A DNA stretch of 64,000 nt from an uncultured Acidimicrobiia bacterium (GCA_963772815.1 CAVYYV010000009.1:23183-87182); one strand, 5' to 3'; numbered from the stretch's first letter, positions 39,915 to 51,175 are shown. Numbers and translations are program-made. Notes: generated by a model from the sequence alone, not told the origin.

Positions 39915-41150
39915 TTGACCAAGGCGATGGGACTCCTGGAGACCGACACGATCCAGCTCGACTTCCCCGTCTTCGAGGACTCCGACCTTCACTTCCTCGA
40001 CTCGGCGGCCAGTTCGCAGAAGCCCCGGGTCGTCATCGATGCCATGGCCGAATTCTCCGCTCACCACTACGCCAATGTGCATCGTGGTGCCTATGCGCTC
40101 TCGATCGACGCCACCGAACGCTACGAGGCCGCCCGGCATCGAGTGTCTGATTTCATCGGCAGCCCCTCTCCCGACCAGCTCGTCTTCACCCGAGGGACTA
40201 CCACCGGCCTCAATCTTCTCGCGGAGGGCTGGGCCGGCAGACATCTGCGAGCCGGCGACCGGATCCTGCTCACCGAGATGGAGCACCACGCCAACCTCGT
40301 TCCCTGGCAGGTCGTAGCCCGCCGCACCGGGGCGGAGCTCGACTTCCTGCCCATCACCACCGACCATTGCCTCGATCTGTCCCGTCTCGACGAGTTCGTC
40401 GGGCCCCGCACCAAGGTGGTTGCTGTGTCGGGCATGTCCAATGTGCTGGGGACTGTGCCGGACCTGAAGCCCCTTCTGGAGGCGGCGTCGGCTGCCGGAG
40501 CCCTCACCGTGGTCGATGGCGCGCAGCTCGTTCCCCACACCTCCGTGGATGTGTCCACGCTGGGAGCGGACGCCATCGCCTTTTCGGCCCACAAGATGCT
40601 CGGGCCCACCGGCATCGGGGCGGTGTGGGCACGCCCGGAGCGCCTCGAGGAGATGGATCCCGTCGAGTACGGGGGGGACATGATCTCTGACGTAACGCTG
40701 CGTGATGCAACCTGGGCGGCCGTGCCGCATCGGTTCGAGGCCGGAACACCGCCCATCATCGAGGCGATCGGCTTTGCCGCCGCAGTCGACTATCTCGACA
40801 AGGTCGGCATGGATTCTGTGGCGGCCCACGATGCGGCCTTGACCGCCTACGCCCTGGACGCGCTGTCCGATGTGCCGCAGCTGTCCATCCAGGGCCCTCT
40901 CACCACCGAGGGCCGAGGCGGCGTCATCAGCTTCACCATGGGCGATATCCATGCCCACGATCTGGCCACCATCCTGGATCAACACGGTGTGGCCGTGCGC
41001 GCCGGCCACCACTGTGCCAAGCCGCTCATGAGGGTGCTGGGTGTGCCCGCCACCGCCCGGGCCTCCTTCTACTTGTACACGACGCCAAGGGACATCGATG
41101 CCCTCGTCGAGGCGCTGGGCGAGGCCGGGCGTCTGTTCGGGGTGAGCTGA
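39915..41150 (+). CDS. sufS: Cysteine desulfurase SufS
   Basis: LDSAASSQKP, MEHHAN, SAHKMLGPTG and RAGHHCA. Alternative start at ATG 39927. Confidence 0.93.
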   Translation: MTKAMGLLETDTIQLDFPVFEDSDLHFLDSAASSQKPRVVIDAMAEFSAHHYANVHRGAYALSIDATERYEAARHRVSDFIGSPSPDQLVFTRGTTTGLNLLAEGWAGRHLRAGDRILLTEMEHHANLVPWQVVARRTGAELDFLPITTDHCLDLSRLDEFVGPRTKVVAVSGMSNVLGTVPDLKPLLEAASAAGALTVVDGAQLVPHTSVDVSTLGADAIAFSAHKMLGPTGIGAVWARPERLEEMDPVEYGGDMISDVTLRDATWAAVPHRFEAGTPPIIEAIGFAAAVDYLDKVGMDSVAAHDAALTAYALDALSDVPQLSIQGPLTTEGRGGVISFTMGDIHAHDLATILDQHGVAVRAGHHCAKPLMRVLGVPATARASFYLYTTPRDIDALVEALGEAGRLFGVS

Positions 41151-41601
41151 TGGCCCTGGAAGACCTCTACCGGGATGTGATCCTCGATCACTACCGAAAT
41201 CCCCGGCACCGCCATGCGCTGGAAGATCCCGACGCCACCGGAGAGGGAGTCAACCCTCTGTGCGGAGACGAGGTGACGGTCGAACTTCGCTTCGACGGCG
41301 ATCGGGTCGCCGACATCTCCGTGCATGGCCAGGGCTGCTCGATCAGCCAGTCATCAGCCTCGATGATGTCCGACGCCGTGATCGGCAAGACCCGCCAGGA
41401 GATCCAGCGGCTGGCCGACCGGTTCAACGGCATGATGACCTCGGAAGACGAGGACGCGGCCGGGCTCGATCCCGCCCGGCCGGGGCAGTCCTGGGGGACC
41501 TCGAAGCCCTCCAGGGTGTGCGACGCTATCCCGTTCGTATCAAGTGCGCCAGCCTGCCGTGGACCACTCTGGCCCAGGCCATGGGCAACGGGGCGGGATG
41601 A
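41150..41601 (+). CDS. sufU: SUF system scaffold/sulfur-transfer protein SufU (one apparent frameshift)
   Basis: ILDHYRNP, NPLCGD and GCSISQSS in the first frame. GDLEALQGVRRYPVRIKCASLPW is in the next frame; the switch occurs in a G run near 41483. Confidence 0.88.
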
Positions 41602-41622
41602 GCGCCGGGGGCGACCCGGGCC

Positions 41623-41829
41623 TCAGTCGCCCTCTTCGAACCCCTCCAGCACCTCTTCGAGCCGCTCCCCCACCGCAGTCAGGCGGCGCCGGCAAAAGGC
41701 GAGCAGATCGGACGCCCGCTTGACGTCGTCCAGGAGCCGGTCGACATCGACTTCCTCTCCCCGCAACCGGCCATGAATCTCTCGTAGCTCCTCCAGGGCG
41801 GCCCGATAGGTCAGCTGCCCGTCAGTCAC
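41623..41829 (-). CDS. xseB: Exodeoxyribonuclease VII small subunit
   Basis: 68 aa, TYRAALEELREI...VDVDRL...LLAFCRRRL. Lies immediately downstream of xseA. Confidence 0.85.
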   Translation of the reverse strand: MTDGQLTYRAALEELREIHGRLRGEEVDVDRLLDDVKRASDLLAFCRRRLTAVGERLEEVLEGFEEGD

Positions 41830-43054
41830 CGATCTCCTCCACCCTCACCCCGAATGTGCCGTCCGCCAACTCGATTTCGAGAGGATCTCCCACCGCCACG
41901 GCCTCCCGGCTGCGGACCACTCTCCCCTCTGCGTCCGTGACCAGGGCGAAGCCCCTCCGGAGCGTGGGCCCGACCCCGACCGCCCCGAGGGTCTCAGCCA
42001 TGGCCATCAGGCCCTTCTCCTGGACGGACAATGCCCTTCGGGCACCTTCGGCAATGGCCTCGCTCAGGTGATCCAGCAGATCAGCTTGACGTGACAACAG
42101 GGCCCGCACACCGCTCAGGACAGCCGCAGAGTGGTCGAGACGACTCCCTGCCCGCCCGCAAGCCGCTCGGGCCTCGTCGGTGATCAGTCGCCGCGCGGTG
42201 TCGACACGGCCCGCATAGTCACCCACCCGCTGGACGAGCCATTCGGCGGCCGCGGTGGGAGTCTTCACCGACACGGCGGCAGCCTCATCGACCACACTGC
42301 GATCGGTCTCGTGGCCGATGCCGGCGATGACCGGGATGGGCATCGCCGCCACCGCTCTCCCAACGTCCTCGGAATCGAACGTGGCCAGGTCCAGCTTGGA
42401 GCCCCCGCCTCGTACCGCGGCAACCATGTCGACTTCCTCCCGGGCCAAGCGGCCGAAGGCGGAGACCACCGAATTCCGCGCCGCCTCACCTTGCATGAGA
42501 GCGTGTGCCGTGCGAACCCGAAACCGGAACCCGGATCCTCGCAGCTGGTCGAGAAAATCGGCGTGAGCGGCCGAGCCCCGACTGGTGAGGAGCCCAACCC
42601 TCAAGGGCACCAGTGGCAGGGGGAGGCGTTGGTTGGCGGCCAGGGATCCGTCGGCCGCCAGACGCCGCAAGACCTCTTCGCGGTTGACGGCGAGCCGGCC
42701 CGCGATGAACTCCGTATCTACATCGAGAAGCAGGAGCCGCACCTGGGATCGGCTTGCCTGGATGCCGACAGTACCCTTGACCAGCACTTCGACGCCATCG
42801 TTGAGACGGCCCACGCCTGCCGCGGCCAGCTTCTGGTCGATGTCGGCCATCACGCGGCCCCGCGCCGCCACATCGAGCACCTCGTGATCGGATTCGGGGT
42901 CGGCCAGGCGGAAGAAGGCGGCCCCACCACTGGTGCGCCGAAAGCCCGACACCTCACCCCGCACCCATACAGGGCCGGGAAAAGCGGCCGTGACTCCCGC
43001 CCCGACTCTGGTCAGCACCTGAGAGACGGTGAGGGTCTCCACATCTCCGGTCAC
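41822..43054 (-). CDS. xseA: Exodeoxyribonuclease VII large subunit
   Basis: VWVRGEVSGF, RGGGS, GIGHETD, TPTAAA and LRRGFALV motifs. Confidence 0.92.
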   Translation of the reverse strand: MTGDVETLTVSQVLTRVGAGVTAAFPGPVWVRGEVSGFRRTSGGAAFFRLADPESDHEVLDVAARGRVMADIDQKLAAAGVGRLNDGVEVLVKGTVGIQASRSQVRLLLLDVDTEFIAGRLAVNREEVLRRLAADGSLAANQRLPLPLVPLRVGLLTSRGSAAHADFLDQLRGSGFRFRVRTAHALMQGEAARNSVVSAFGRLAREEVDMVAAVRGGGSKLDLATFDSEDVGRAVAAMPIPVIAGIGHETDRSVVDEAAAVSVKTPTAAAEWLVQRVGDYAGRVDTARRLITDEARAACGRAGSRLDHSAAVLSGVRALLSRQADLLDHLSEAIAEGARRALSVQEKGLMAMAETLGAVGVGPTLRRGFALVTDAEGRVVRSREAVAVGDPLEIELADGTFGVRVEEIGD

Positions 43055-44442
43055 ATCACGCCGCCCTCGGTCATCTTCTTGATGTCGAGGGCGGCATCCA
43101 GCTCGTCGGGCTCCATCAGGCCCTGTTCCAGCACGAGCTCGCGCACGGAACGACCGCTGGCCACCGCCTCCTTGGCGATCCGGGCGCCGGCGTCGTAGCC
43201 GATGTGGGGGTTCAAAGCCGTTACGACGATGGCGTTGCGCTCCACCAGCTCACGAGTCCGCTCGGTGTTGGCCTCGATTCCATCCACACACTTGGTCCGG
43301 AAGTTCTCGGCGGCATTGGCCAGAAGCTCGATGGACTGAAGCAGGCCATGGGCCATCACCGGCATCATCACGTTGAGCTCGAAGTTGCCGTTGGCCCCGG
43401 ACCAGGCGACGGTGGCATCGTTGCCCACCACCTGGGCCGCCACCTGCATCACCATTTCCGACATGACCGGATTGACCTTCCCCGGCATGATGGAAGAACC
43501 CGGCTGAAGGCTGGGCAGCCTCAACTCCCCCAGTCCGGCCGAGGGCCCCGAACCCAGGAAGCGGATGTCGTTGGCGATCTTGAACATGGAGACGGCCACC
43601 GTCTTGAGGGCTCCCGAGGCCATCACCACGGCGTCCTTGGCCGCCTGGGCCTCGAAGTGGTTGTCGGCTTCGCGGAACGAGCAGCCGACGCGCTCGGCCA
43701 CCACCGCGATGGTGCGGGCGGCGAAGCCCTCCGGGGCGTTGATACCGGTCCCGACTGCCGTGCCTCCGAGTGCCAGCTCTTCCAGCCCCTCCAGAACGGA
43801 TTCGACCCGGTCGGCACCCTTGCGTATCTGGGTGGCGTAACCGGAGAACTCCTGGCCCAACGTCACCGGGGTGGCGTCCATCAGGTGGGTGCGACCCGAC
43901 TTGACCACGTCGGCAAAGTCGTCCGCCCGGCTCGCCAGGCCATCGGCCAGGCCCCGGAGAGCGGGAAGCAGGTTCTCTCGGATGGCGGCCACAGCGGCAA
44001 TGTGGATCGTGGTGGGGATGACATCGTTTGAGGACTGGCCGAAGTTCACATCGTCGTTGGGATGCACCAGGCGGTCGCCGAGTTCCCCGCCGAGGATGAG
44101 TGTGGCCCGGTTGGCTATGACCTCGTTGGCGTTGGTGTTGGTCGAGGTGCCCGAGCCGGTCTGGAAGATGTCGAGCACGAACTGGTCGTCGTGATCGCCG
44201 TTCATCACCTCGTCGGCCGCCCGGCGTATGGCATCGGCTTTGTCCCCGGCGAGGTTGCCCATTTCGGCCGACACCGTGGCCGCCGACCCCTTGAGCAGTC
44301 CCAGAGCCCAGACGAATCGGCGCGAGAAGCCGATTCCCGAGATGGGAAAGTTCTCTTTGGCACGTTGGGTGGAAGCGCCGTAGAGGGCTGAGGCAGGAAC
44401 CCTCACCTCTCCCATCGAGTCCTTTTCGATTCTGTCTGTCAC
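43051..44442 (-). CDS. fumC: Class II fumarate hydratase
   Basis: RIEKDSMG, QTGSGTS, GRTHLMDATP and GSSIMPGKVNP motifs. Confidence 0.95.
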   Translation of the reverse strand: MTDRIEKDSMGEVRVPASALYGASTQRAKENFPISGIGFSRRFVWALGLLKGSAATVSAEMGNLAGDKADAIRRAADEVMNGDHDDQFVLDIFQTGSGTSTNTNANEVIANRATLILGGELGDRLVHPNDDVNFGQSSNDVIPTTIHIAAVAAIRENLLPALRGLADGLASRADDFADVVKSGRTHLMDATPVTLGQEFSGYATQIRKGADRVESVLEGLEELALGGTAVGTGINAPEGFAARTIAVVAERVGCSFREADNHFEAQAAKDAVVMASGALKTVAVSMFKIANDIRFLGSGPSAGLGELRLPSLQPGSSIMPGKVNPVMSEMVMQVAAQVVGNDATVAWSGANGNFELNVMMPVMAHGLLQSIELLANAAENFRTKCVDGIEANTERTRELVERNAIVVTALNPHIGYDAGARIAKEAVASGRSVRELVLEQGLMEPDELDAALDIKKMTEGGVM

Positions 44443-44628
44443 GATTACTCCAGTTTCGGTTCGATCCTGACGCTAGTGCACCCAACCGACACACCGTCCG
44501 CCCCGCTTCTCCGCACGACCACAACCCCCTCCCCGGACTCTCGACGGTGAGAAACGGATGGCGATGGTCACGGCCCAAACAACCGGGGAAGCGTTACCCA
44601 GCAACAAGAGAAGAGGCCGGAATGAGGA

Positions 44629-45288
44629 TCACAGCGAGCGGCGCTGGCGCCCGTGCTGGTCGAAGTTGACGGGGTCCAGCCAGACCTGAAAACGCGAACT
44701 GAGGGCGGGCCACTCCTGGGCAGTGATCGAGAACCAGGCCGTGTCGCGGTTTCTGTCCTTGTAGACCATGTGGTTGCGGAACACGCCCTCGAACACGAAC
44801 CCCAGACGCAGGGCCGCCCGTCGGGAGGCCTGGTTGAGGGCATCGCACTTCCATTCATAGCGCCGATATCCGAGAGCGAAGACACGGTCTGCCATCAAGT
44901 ACATGGCCTCGGTGGCCGCGGTCGTCTTCTGAAATGACGGCGAATAGGCCAGGTGGCCGACCTCGATCGAACCCGACTCGGGACTGATTCGCAGATAGCT
45001 GCCCCAACCCAGCGAGTGCCCGTCTACGTCGAAGGTGAAGAAGAGGGGATCGCTCGATTCAGGCCACGAAGCCACGGTGTCGGCGAGTTGGGTCGGATCG
45101 TCGAAGGGCCCGTATCCCATGTAGGTCCACATGGCACCGTCGTCCGCGGAGAAGGCCTCCCACAGGTCGGGCAGGGCCGACAGGGCAAAAGGAGTAATGG
45201 TGACATGGTTGCCCATCATCGGCGTCTGCTCGGGGCGGGGGGGAGGGCTCCAGTCGTGGACCGGGTGGCCTACGGGCAGGTCATTCAC
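44629..45288 (-). CDS. GNAT acetyltransferase (RimJ/RimL-like)
   Basis: IEVGH, YRRYEWKCDALN and GFVFEGVFR...RNRDTAWFS motifs. Confidence 0.88.
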   Translation of the reverse strand: MNDLPVGHPVHDWSPPPRPEQTPMMGNHVTITPFALSALPDLWEAFSADDGAMWTYMGYGPFDDPTQLADTVASWPESSDPLFFTFDVDGHSLGWGSYLRISPESGSIEVGHLAYSPSFQKTTAATEAMYLMADRVFALGYRRYEWKCDALNQASRRAALRLGFVFEGVFRNHMVYKDRNRDTAWFSITAQEWPALSSRFQVWLDPVNFDQHGRQRRSL

Positions 45289-46375
45289 TGATGATTCCGC
45301 TCACTCTCTCGAATCGGCCGTCGAGTCTGGCCCTCGCAGATGAGGGCCGGTCTACCGCCTCGGCCGCCAGGCCGATCAGGTCGACCAATCCATGGAAGTC
45401 GTCCAGGCTCACCACCTCGGGTAATAGGGCCGGTATGCCCTTTCCCTGTTCGACCTGATCGAGATGGCCCATGTTGTGATAGTTGCCCAGCGGGAGGCAC
45501 ATGCCGCCCGCCCGATAACCGTAGGCGAGGAAGGCCGTCGCCTCACAGGACCCGCCCGCCATCAGCTTGCGCTGATGCTTGATTCCCCGCTCGGTCGCCG
45601 CCCCCACCAGGCGATTGGTCATCTCATGATCGAACACGCTCGAGGCATCCCCGATCCGGATCACCGGACCGGCCCCGAGCGGCGAGTCCTCGTACGCCCG
45701 GCTGCACTCGACCGAGATGATCCGAGATCCTTCGGGCGGGGTGCCCGCCCGGCAAGCCCCGATCGCCCCGACGAACCCGACCTCCTCGGCCCGGGTGAGG
45801 AGAACGCCGAAGTGCCGGCTCGTGTCGGCCGATCGGGCTCTGTCCAGAGCTGCCAGGGCTGCCGCCACCCCGGCCAGGTCGTCGCAGGCGGGTGCCAGCA
45901 GGAACCGCTCGCCGGCGCCGCCGCGGTTGGGGCCGAACAGCCAGCGCCCCACATCCCCCACCGACAAGTCGGCGGACCGATCCATCTTCACGAGACCCCG
46001 GGAGGACCCATGATCGAACTCTTCCAAGTCTCCCACGTGGACCACGTCATCGCGGTCGAACAGCTCGATGCGATTCCCGCGGAAGTACTCCTTGCGCACG
46101 CCTCCCCGAAACTCGACCGAAACCATCCGCCCCTCGACGCCCGTCACAACGAACCCCGGGTGGTCGGTGTGGGCCACGGCCAGAACCGGAGGACGGCGTT
46201 TGCGTCCCGCCTGGGTGATGAGCAGGTTCCCGTGGACATCGGGCTTCACCCTCAGGTCATCTCGACGCCCGGCCCACGCCGTGACCCACGAGAGCACTCG
46301 CTGCTCAAGACCCGGGGCCGTCGGGATCCGGGTCAGCTGAACCAGCCAGCGGCGCTCCGTGCTCCTGTCCGCCAT
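45281..46375 (-). CDS. M20/M28/M42-clan metallopeptidase
   Basis: AHTDH, ACDDLAG, RAEEVG, GGSCEA and NYH metal-ligand motifs. Confidence 0.8.
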   Translation of the reverse strand: MADRSTERRWLVQLTRIPTAPGLEQRVLSWVTAWAGRRDDLRVKPDVHGNLLITQAGRKRRPPVLAVAHTDHPGFVVTGVEGRMVSVEFRGGVRKEYFRGNRIELFDRDDVVHVGDLEEFDHGSSRGLVKMDRSADLSVGDVGRWLFGPNRGGAGERFLLAPACDDLAGVAAALAALDRARSADTSRHFGVLLTRAEEVGFVGAIGACRAGTPPEGSRIISVECSRAYEDSPLGAGPVIRIGDASSVFDHEMTNRLVGAATERGIKHQRKLMAGGSCEATAFLAYGYRAGGMCLPLGNYHNMGHLDQVEQGKGIPALLPEVVSLDDFHGLVDLIGLAAEAVDRPSSARARLDGRFERVSGIISE

Positions 46376-46422
46376 CGTGGGAGCTTCCCAGACCGCTCGT
46401 GTCCCGGCAACCGGGAACGGCG

Positions 46423-47229
46423 TCAGCGATCGAAGGGAGTGTCGGTGAAGAACTCCGAGGCGGCCGGCGTAAGGGGCTCCTCTCGGACCGGGGCCTCCAA
46501 GCCGAGACGCTGGCGGACGGCGTCGTAGCCCCCATCCTCCAACTCCTGGGCCAGCTCGGCGCCGCCCGATTCCACGATGCGGCCGTCGATCATCACGTGC
46601 ACCCTTTCAGGAGACAGGTAGCGGAGGATCCGGGCGTAGTGGGTGATCATCACCACCGCCACCTCGGGCGAGCGCATCGACTCCACGGCCTCGGCCACCT
46701 GCCTTACTGCATCGATGTCGAGCCCCGAGTCGATCTCATCCAGGATCGCCACCTTGGGGCGCAACACGGCCATCTGGAAGATCTCCGAGCGCTTCTTCTC
46801 GCCTCCCGACAGATCGTCGTTGATCGAGCGGTCCAGGAACTCGTCCATGCCGAACCTCACGGCAGCAGATTCGATGTCCGCCTCCACCCGCTCCGGGTCG
46901 AAGCCTCGCTCGTCTGCTGCCTCCCGAACGAACTCACCCAGCCGGATGCCGGGGACCTCGGTGGGATACTGGAACGCCTGCAAGAGCCCGAGCCGGCTCC
47001 GCTCGTCGACCTCCAGGCCCAACAGCTCGTCCTCCCCCAACCGTGCAGACCCTGATGCCCGGTAGTCGGGATGGCCGGTGAGTACGTGGCTCAGAGTGGA
47101 CTTTCCCGAACCGTTGGGCCCCATGATCACGTGGATCTCACCGAAGGGGACCTCCAGGTCTACACCCTTGAGGATCTCCTTGTCGGCGATCGAAGCGTGC
47201 AGATCCTCGACGGACAGGGCGACACTCAT
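46423..47229 (-). CDS. sufC: Fe-S cluster assembly ATPase SufC (copy 2)
   Basis: MGPNGSGKST, FQYPTEVPG, LSGGEKKR, DEIDSGLDIDA and ITHYAR. The ATG overlaps the Rieske gene stop. Confidence 0.92.
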   Translation of the reverse strand: MSVALSVEDLHASIADKEILKGVDLEVPFGEIHVIMGPNGSGKSTLSHVLTGHPDYRASGSARLGEDELLGLEVDERSRLGLLQAFQYPTEVPGIRLGEFVREAADERGFDPERVEADIESAAVRFGMDEFLDRSINDDLSGGEKKRSEIFQMAVLRPKVAILDEIDSGLDIDAVRQVAEAVESMRSPEVAVVMITHYARILRYLSPERVHVMIDGRIVESGGAELAQELEDGGYDAVRQRLGLEAPVREEPLTPAASEFFTDTPFDR

Positions 47230-47546
47230 CAGCTCTCTTCTCCTATGCGCAGGAAGACGATCCCGTCCTCCACCTTCACGTCGTAGACGGGGACCGGCTC
47301 GGTGGCGGGGAGGGCGTGCGGCTCGCCGGTCGCCAGGTCGAAGGCGCTCCCGTGCCGGGGACATTCGACCTCCATGTCCCATACCTCCCCCTCTGCCAAG
47401 GAGGCCTCGGCATGGCTGCAGCGATCCCCCAGGGCATAGACGTCGTCGCCCACCCGAAACAGAGCGATGCGATGGTCGCCTATCTCGACCCGAAGACCCG
47501 TGTCCCGAGGGACCTTGCGAGCCTCGGTGATCTCGATCCAGCTCAA
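47229..47546 (-). CDS. Rieske-type ferredoxin
   Basis: CSH and CPRHG Rieske motifs, located between sufD and sufC. Confidence 0.92.
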   Translation of the reverse strand: MSWIEITEARKVPRDTGLRVEIGDHRIALFRVGDDVYALGDRCSHAEASLAEGEVWDMEVECPRHGSAFDLATGEPHALPATEPVPVYDVKVEDGIVFLRIGEES

Positions 47547-48814
47547 GACAGGCGACCCCCCTCCTGGGCCCGGACGAAGCGTCGGAACACGGCGTCCTGG
47601 ATGGGCCGTCCCACCACGTCGATGGGCAGGCGGTCGATCACCTCGGTGAAGAAACCCCGAATCAGCATCCGCTCGGCCTTGGCCTGGGAGATTCCCCGGC
47701 TCTGCAGGTAGTACAGGTACTCGTCCTCGAGCGGCCCCACCGACGAACCGTGGCCGCAGACCACGTCGTCGCAGAGGATCTCGAGATTGGGGACCGAATG
47801 GGCTTTGGCATTCTCGGACAGCACCAGGTTTCGGTTGGTCTCGAACGCGGACGACCGCACGGCGCCCTTCTCGATGCGGAGCAGTCCTGTGAAGATCGAC
47901 TGGGCGTTGTCCTCCACGGCTCCCTTCAGGAACACATCCGAAGACGTGCTGCGGCCGATGTGGTCGATGAGCATCCGATAGTCGAGGGTCTGGTCTCCTT
48001 CACCGAAGTAGAGACCCACTATCTGAGCCGACGAGCCCGCCCCCTCCAGCGCGGCGTGGAGATCCAAACGACCCACCCGGCCACCCAGGCCCGCGTCGCC
48101 GATCCATCCGGTCGCGTCACGGCCCAGACGAACCTTCTGATGAACCACGCCGACGGTGGCGTCACCCCAATTCTGGACCGCCTGATAGCGGATCCGGCCG
48201 CCATTGTCCGCCTCCAGCGTCACACCGGGCACGGACGCCATCTCGACACCGTCGGGGCTGCGGTGGACCAGGAGGAACCCGGCCTCTGCCTCGGCCCCCA
48301 CGGCCAGCTCGACATGGGGGAAGGACATCACACCGGCCCGTGTCGACTGCACGTCGATCAGGATGGGGGCTTCGACGATCTCTCGGGCGCCAACCTCCAC
48401 CCGCACCCCGTCGCGTGCGAAGGCGAGATGCGCCGCAGCCAGCTTGTCGCGATCCACCGGTGCGGCCGGCCGCAGTCCGTCCAGTTCGGCCAGGCGCCGG
48501 ATACTCACCACCCCAGAGCTCTCGGCCTGCTGCACGCGCCCATCGACGATGGTCACCGATGCGGCCAGGGCACCCTGACGGGCGAGGCGCACGAAGTCGT
48601 CGTCTGCCAGCGGTTCGCCCTCCTCCGTGGCGGGCGACATGCGGTCCAGATCAACACCCAGGTCGACATAGCGCCACTCCTCCTCGGCTCCGGTCGGGAG
48701 CTCCTGGGCATCGAAACCCGCCCAGGCACTGGCCATCTGCTCCACCCTCCAGGCGGGCTGGTTTTCAGAGATCAGATCGAGGGCGCGGCTATCGAAGGCG
48801 GTCACGTGGTGCAC
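47543..48814 (-). CDS. sufD: Fe-S cluster assembly protein SufD
   Basis: EEWRY, PNLEI..DDVVCGHG and YYLQSRGI motifs. Confidence 0.9.
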   Translation of the reverse strand: MHHVTAFDSRALDLISENQPAWRVEQMASAWAGFDAQELPTGAEEEWRYVDLGVDLDRMSPATEEGEPLADDDFVRLARQGALAASVTIVDGRVQQAESSGVVSIRRLAELDGLRPAAPVDRDKLAAAHLAFARDGVRVEVGAREIVEAPILIDVQSTRAGVMSFPHVELAVGAEAEAGFLLVHRSPDGVEMASVPGVTLEADNGGRIRYQAVQNWGDATVGVVHQKVRLGRDATGWIGDAGLGGRVGRLDLHAALEGAGSSAQIVGLYFGEGDQTLDYRMLIDHIGRSTSSDVFLKGAVEDNAQSIFTGLLRIEKGAVRSSAFETNRNLVLSENAKAHSVPNLEILCDDVVCGHGSSVGPLEDEYLYYLQSRGISQAKAERMLIRGFFTEVIDRLPIDVVGRPIQDAVFRRFVRAQEGGRLS

Positions 48815-48987
48815 TCCGGTGGTGTCATTGGGTGGAATTCGATGGGAGACGGTAGGTGGGCGAAGATCAGGTGTTGGACCCTCCGAATGGTATGGGAGCC
48901 CGTGTCATTTTCGAAAAGGCCCTTCCCTGAATCGATGACCCCGGTGGATCAGGCGTCGTCGAGAGGCTGGTCGCCGACCCGCGGCTT

Positions 48988-49675
48988 CTACGTCGAGCCC
49001 ACGAGCCGGGCGGCCCACGCCCAGACACGGTCGAACATCTCCTCCGTGAGCTTGCCGGTGAAGGTGTTCTGTTGGCTGGGATGGTAGGAGCCGATCACCA
49101 GCGGCCCATTCGCCGGCTCCACCTCGGCCAGATGCCCGAACCTCGGCCGAGGCCTGGGCACCGTCCAGCCCAGGCTTCCCGCCCAGTCGCAGCACCGCGT
49201 TCCACGCCAAGCCGCCCAGACACACGACGGCCCGGGGAGCGACCCACTTCACTTCCGTGGCCAGCCAGGTCTCCACACATGCGGTCACCTCCTGGGCGGT
49301 GGGACGGTTGTCCGGAGGCGCGCAATGGCAAACGGCCGTGATCCGAGCGTTCACAAGCTCCAGATTCGGATCATCGTGATGGGGCGAGGTGGCCAGACCC
49401 GCCTTGTGCAGGGCGGAGAAGAGCCATTCGCCTGAGCGGTCGCCGCTGAACATGCGGCCGGTGCGGTTGGCGCCGTGGGCGGCAGGCGCCAGCCCCACGA
49501 TCAGGATCGGAGCGTCGAGCGGGCCTCGGGAAGGAACCGGACGTCCCCAGTACTCCTGGTCGGAGAAGGCGGCCCGCTTCTCGGTCGACGCCTTCCGCTC
49601 CCGCCACTCGACCAGCCGGGGACAGAGGCGGCACTCCACCAGCCCCTCGTGAGGGCCACCGACCATCGGGCTCAA
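48988..49675 (-). CDS. udgB: Uracil-DNA glycosylase family 5 (UdgB-like), one apparent frameshift
   Basis: [23 protein letters not shown] and CAPPDNRP. After removing one base near 49183 it continues to [12 protein letters not shown] and TAG at 48988. Confidence 0.85.
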
Positions 49676-51175
49676 GGAGAATCGCCCGCCAGCGCATCGG
49701 TGGTCACGTTCGATGTTCGCGTTCCACAGCATCCATCCCAGGCCATGCGACTCGGCGATGTCGATCTGGGCGCGGACCTCGGAGGCGGTGTAGTTGAAGT
49801 CCTGGAGCCAGGGGCGAACCACGACCTGTCGAGAGAGCCGATTCAACCCATCGGTCAGTGCCCGCTGAACGACGGACCCTGGATGCGAGTTGGGTGAATC
49901 GAACCCAAACCAGCCGGATGCGTAATGACTGGGATAGAGCATCGGGGATGCCACGTCCACCACCGACGTCACATCCAGCCAGTTCTGGCCTATCCCACCA
50001 TCATCCTCGACGGTGGTGACGAACCCGAACACGTCGGCCGCCACCGCACAGCCCATCGGGTGGAGAGCGGCGACCGCATCGGAGAGGAACTCCCGCACCG
50101 TGTCGGCCCGGACCTGGGCGGTGACGCCGCCATCGAAGATCACTGATTCGGGCCGGGAGTCGGGGAAGCGGACGTAGTCGAATTGCAGCTCGTCCACGCC
50201 CATCGAGCAGGCCTCTTTGGCCAGGTCGAGTGCATAGGCCCGAGCGTTGGGGTCGGTTGGATCGAGGAAGTACTGACCGTTAGCCGTGAACGGCGCTTCG
50301 GTGGAGGTATCCCACACCGCCATATCCGGCATCCTCTTGGCGGCGATTGGATCCTGGAACGCCACCAGGCGCCCGATCAGATACAGGCCCTCGCTGTGGG
50401 CAAGGGTGGCCACGTGGCGCAGGTCGAACATGTTGGCGTCGGCACCAACCTGGGCCACCAGGGGCACCTGGGACTCGTACAGGACCTGACCGGTCTCGTC
50501 TTTGAGATCCACCATCAGGGCATTGAGCTCGGTGTCCTTGGCCATGGACAGGAATTGCTCGAACCGCTTCTCCACCGCCTCCCCGGACATGTGGACGGCC
50601 TTGGCGACGGCAGGGTCCAGCACTATCTGTTGCTCTCCTGGGCCTCCGGACCAATCGAAGCTGACCTTCTGCCAGGCGGGCCGGGTCACGGTGACCAATC
50701 CGGGCTCGGCCCCTCTCACCTCGAAGGCCCCGTTCCCGTCGGTGGTGGCGGAGGCCAGGCCGGCCGCCACAACTGCGTCGGACACGGCCCGTCCAGAGCC
50801 GTCCACCACCTCACCCCGCAGTACCCGCGCCTTGAGCACCGCATCCAACACCCCATCCGTCGGCTCAGGGGAGGCGAGGATGGTGGAGACGTGGCCCGTT
50901 GCCGAGATCTCGATCGGCTGACTGACCCCTTCCACCACCACCGTCCCGTCCCCGGCGGTGAGCCCGAGCTGGTGGCCGCCGGCCGCCACCACCGCCTCGG
51001 AAACGGGCTGACCGGCGTCGTCGACTACCCGGAGTGTGAACGGCTCCGAGCCTCCGAGCAGGCTCCAGGCCGCCCAGGCACCCCAGGCGAGCGTCAGGAA
51101 GACGAGAAGGCGGAACTGAGTTCGTCGTCTCACGGCGAAAGGCCAGCCTACCGGCCGCGTACCCGTACGGCTCAT
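49672..51175 (-). CDS. Membrane-anchored putative glycoside hydrolase (DUF4015-like) with N-terminal beta-sandwich repeats
   Basis: TM helix, then VDLKDETG, FQDP, QFDYVRFPD, SPMLYPSHY and RPWLQDF. Removing one base near 49715 gives the ending WNA(N)[13 protein letters not shown] and a stop. Confidence 0.75.

Noticed and set aside
41150-41776. 208-aa SufU with an unusual tail, or a sufU pseudogene
   Set aside because: The conserved C-terminal RIKC motif is intact in the adjacent frame, so a homopolymer indel is the simpler explanation.
48905-51175. 756-aa glycoside hydrolase-UDG fusion in the ORF track
   Set aside because: One extra base near 49715 explains it. Correction gives a natural stop at 49672 and a separate udgB gene.
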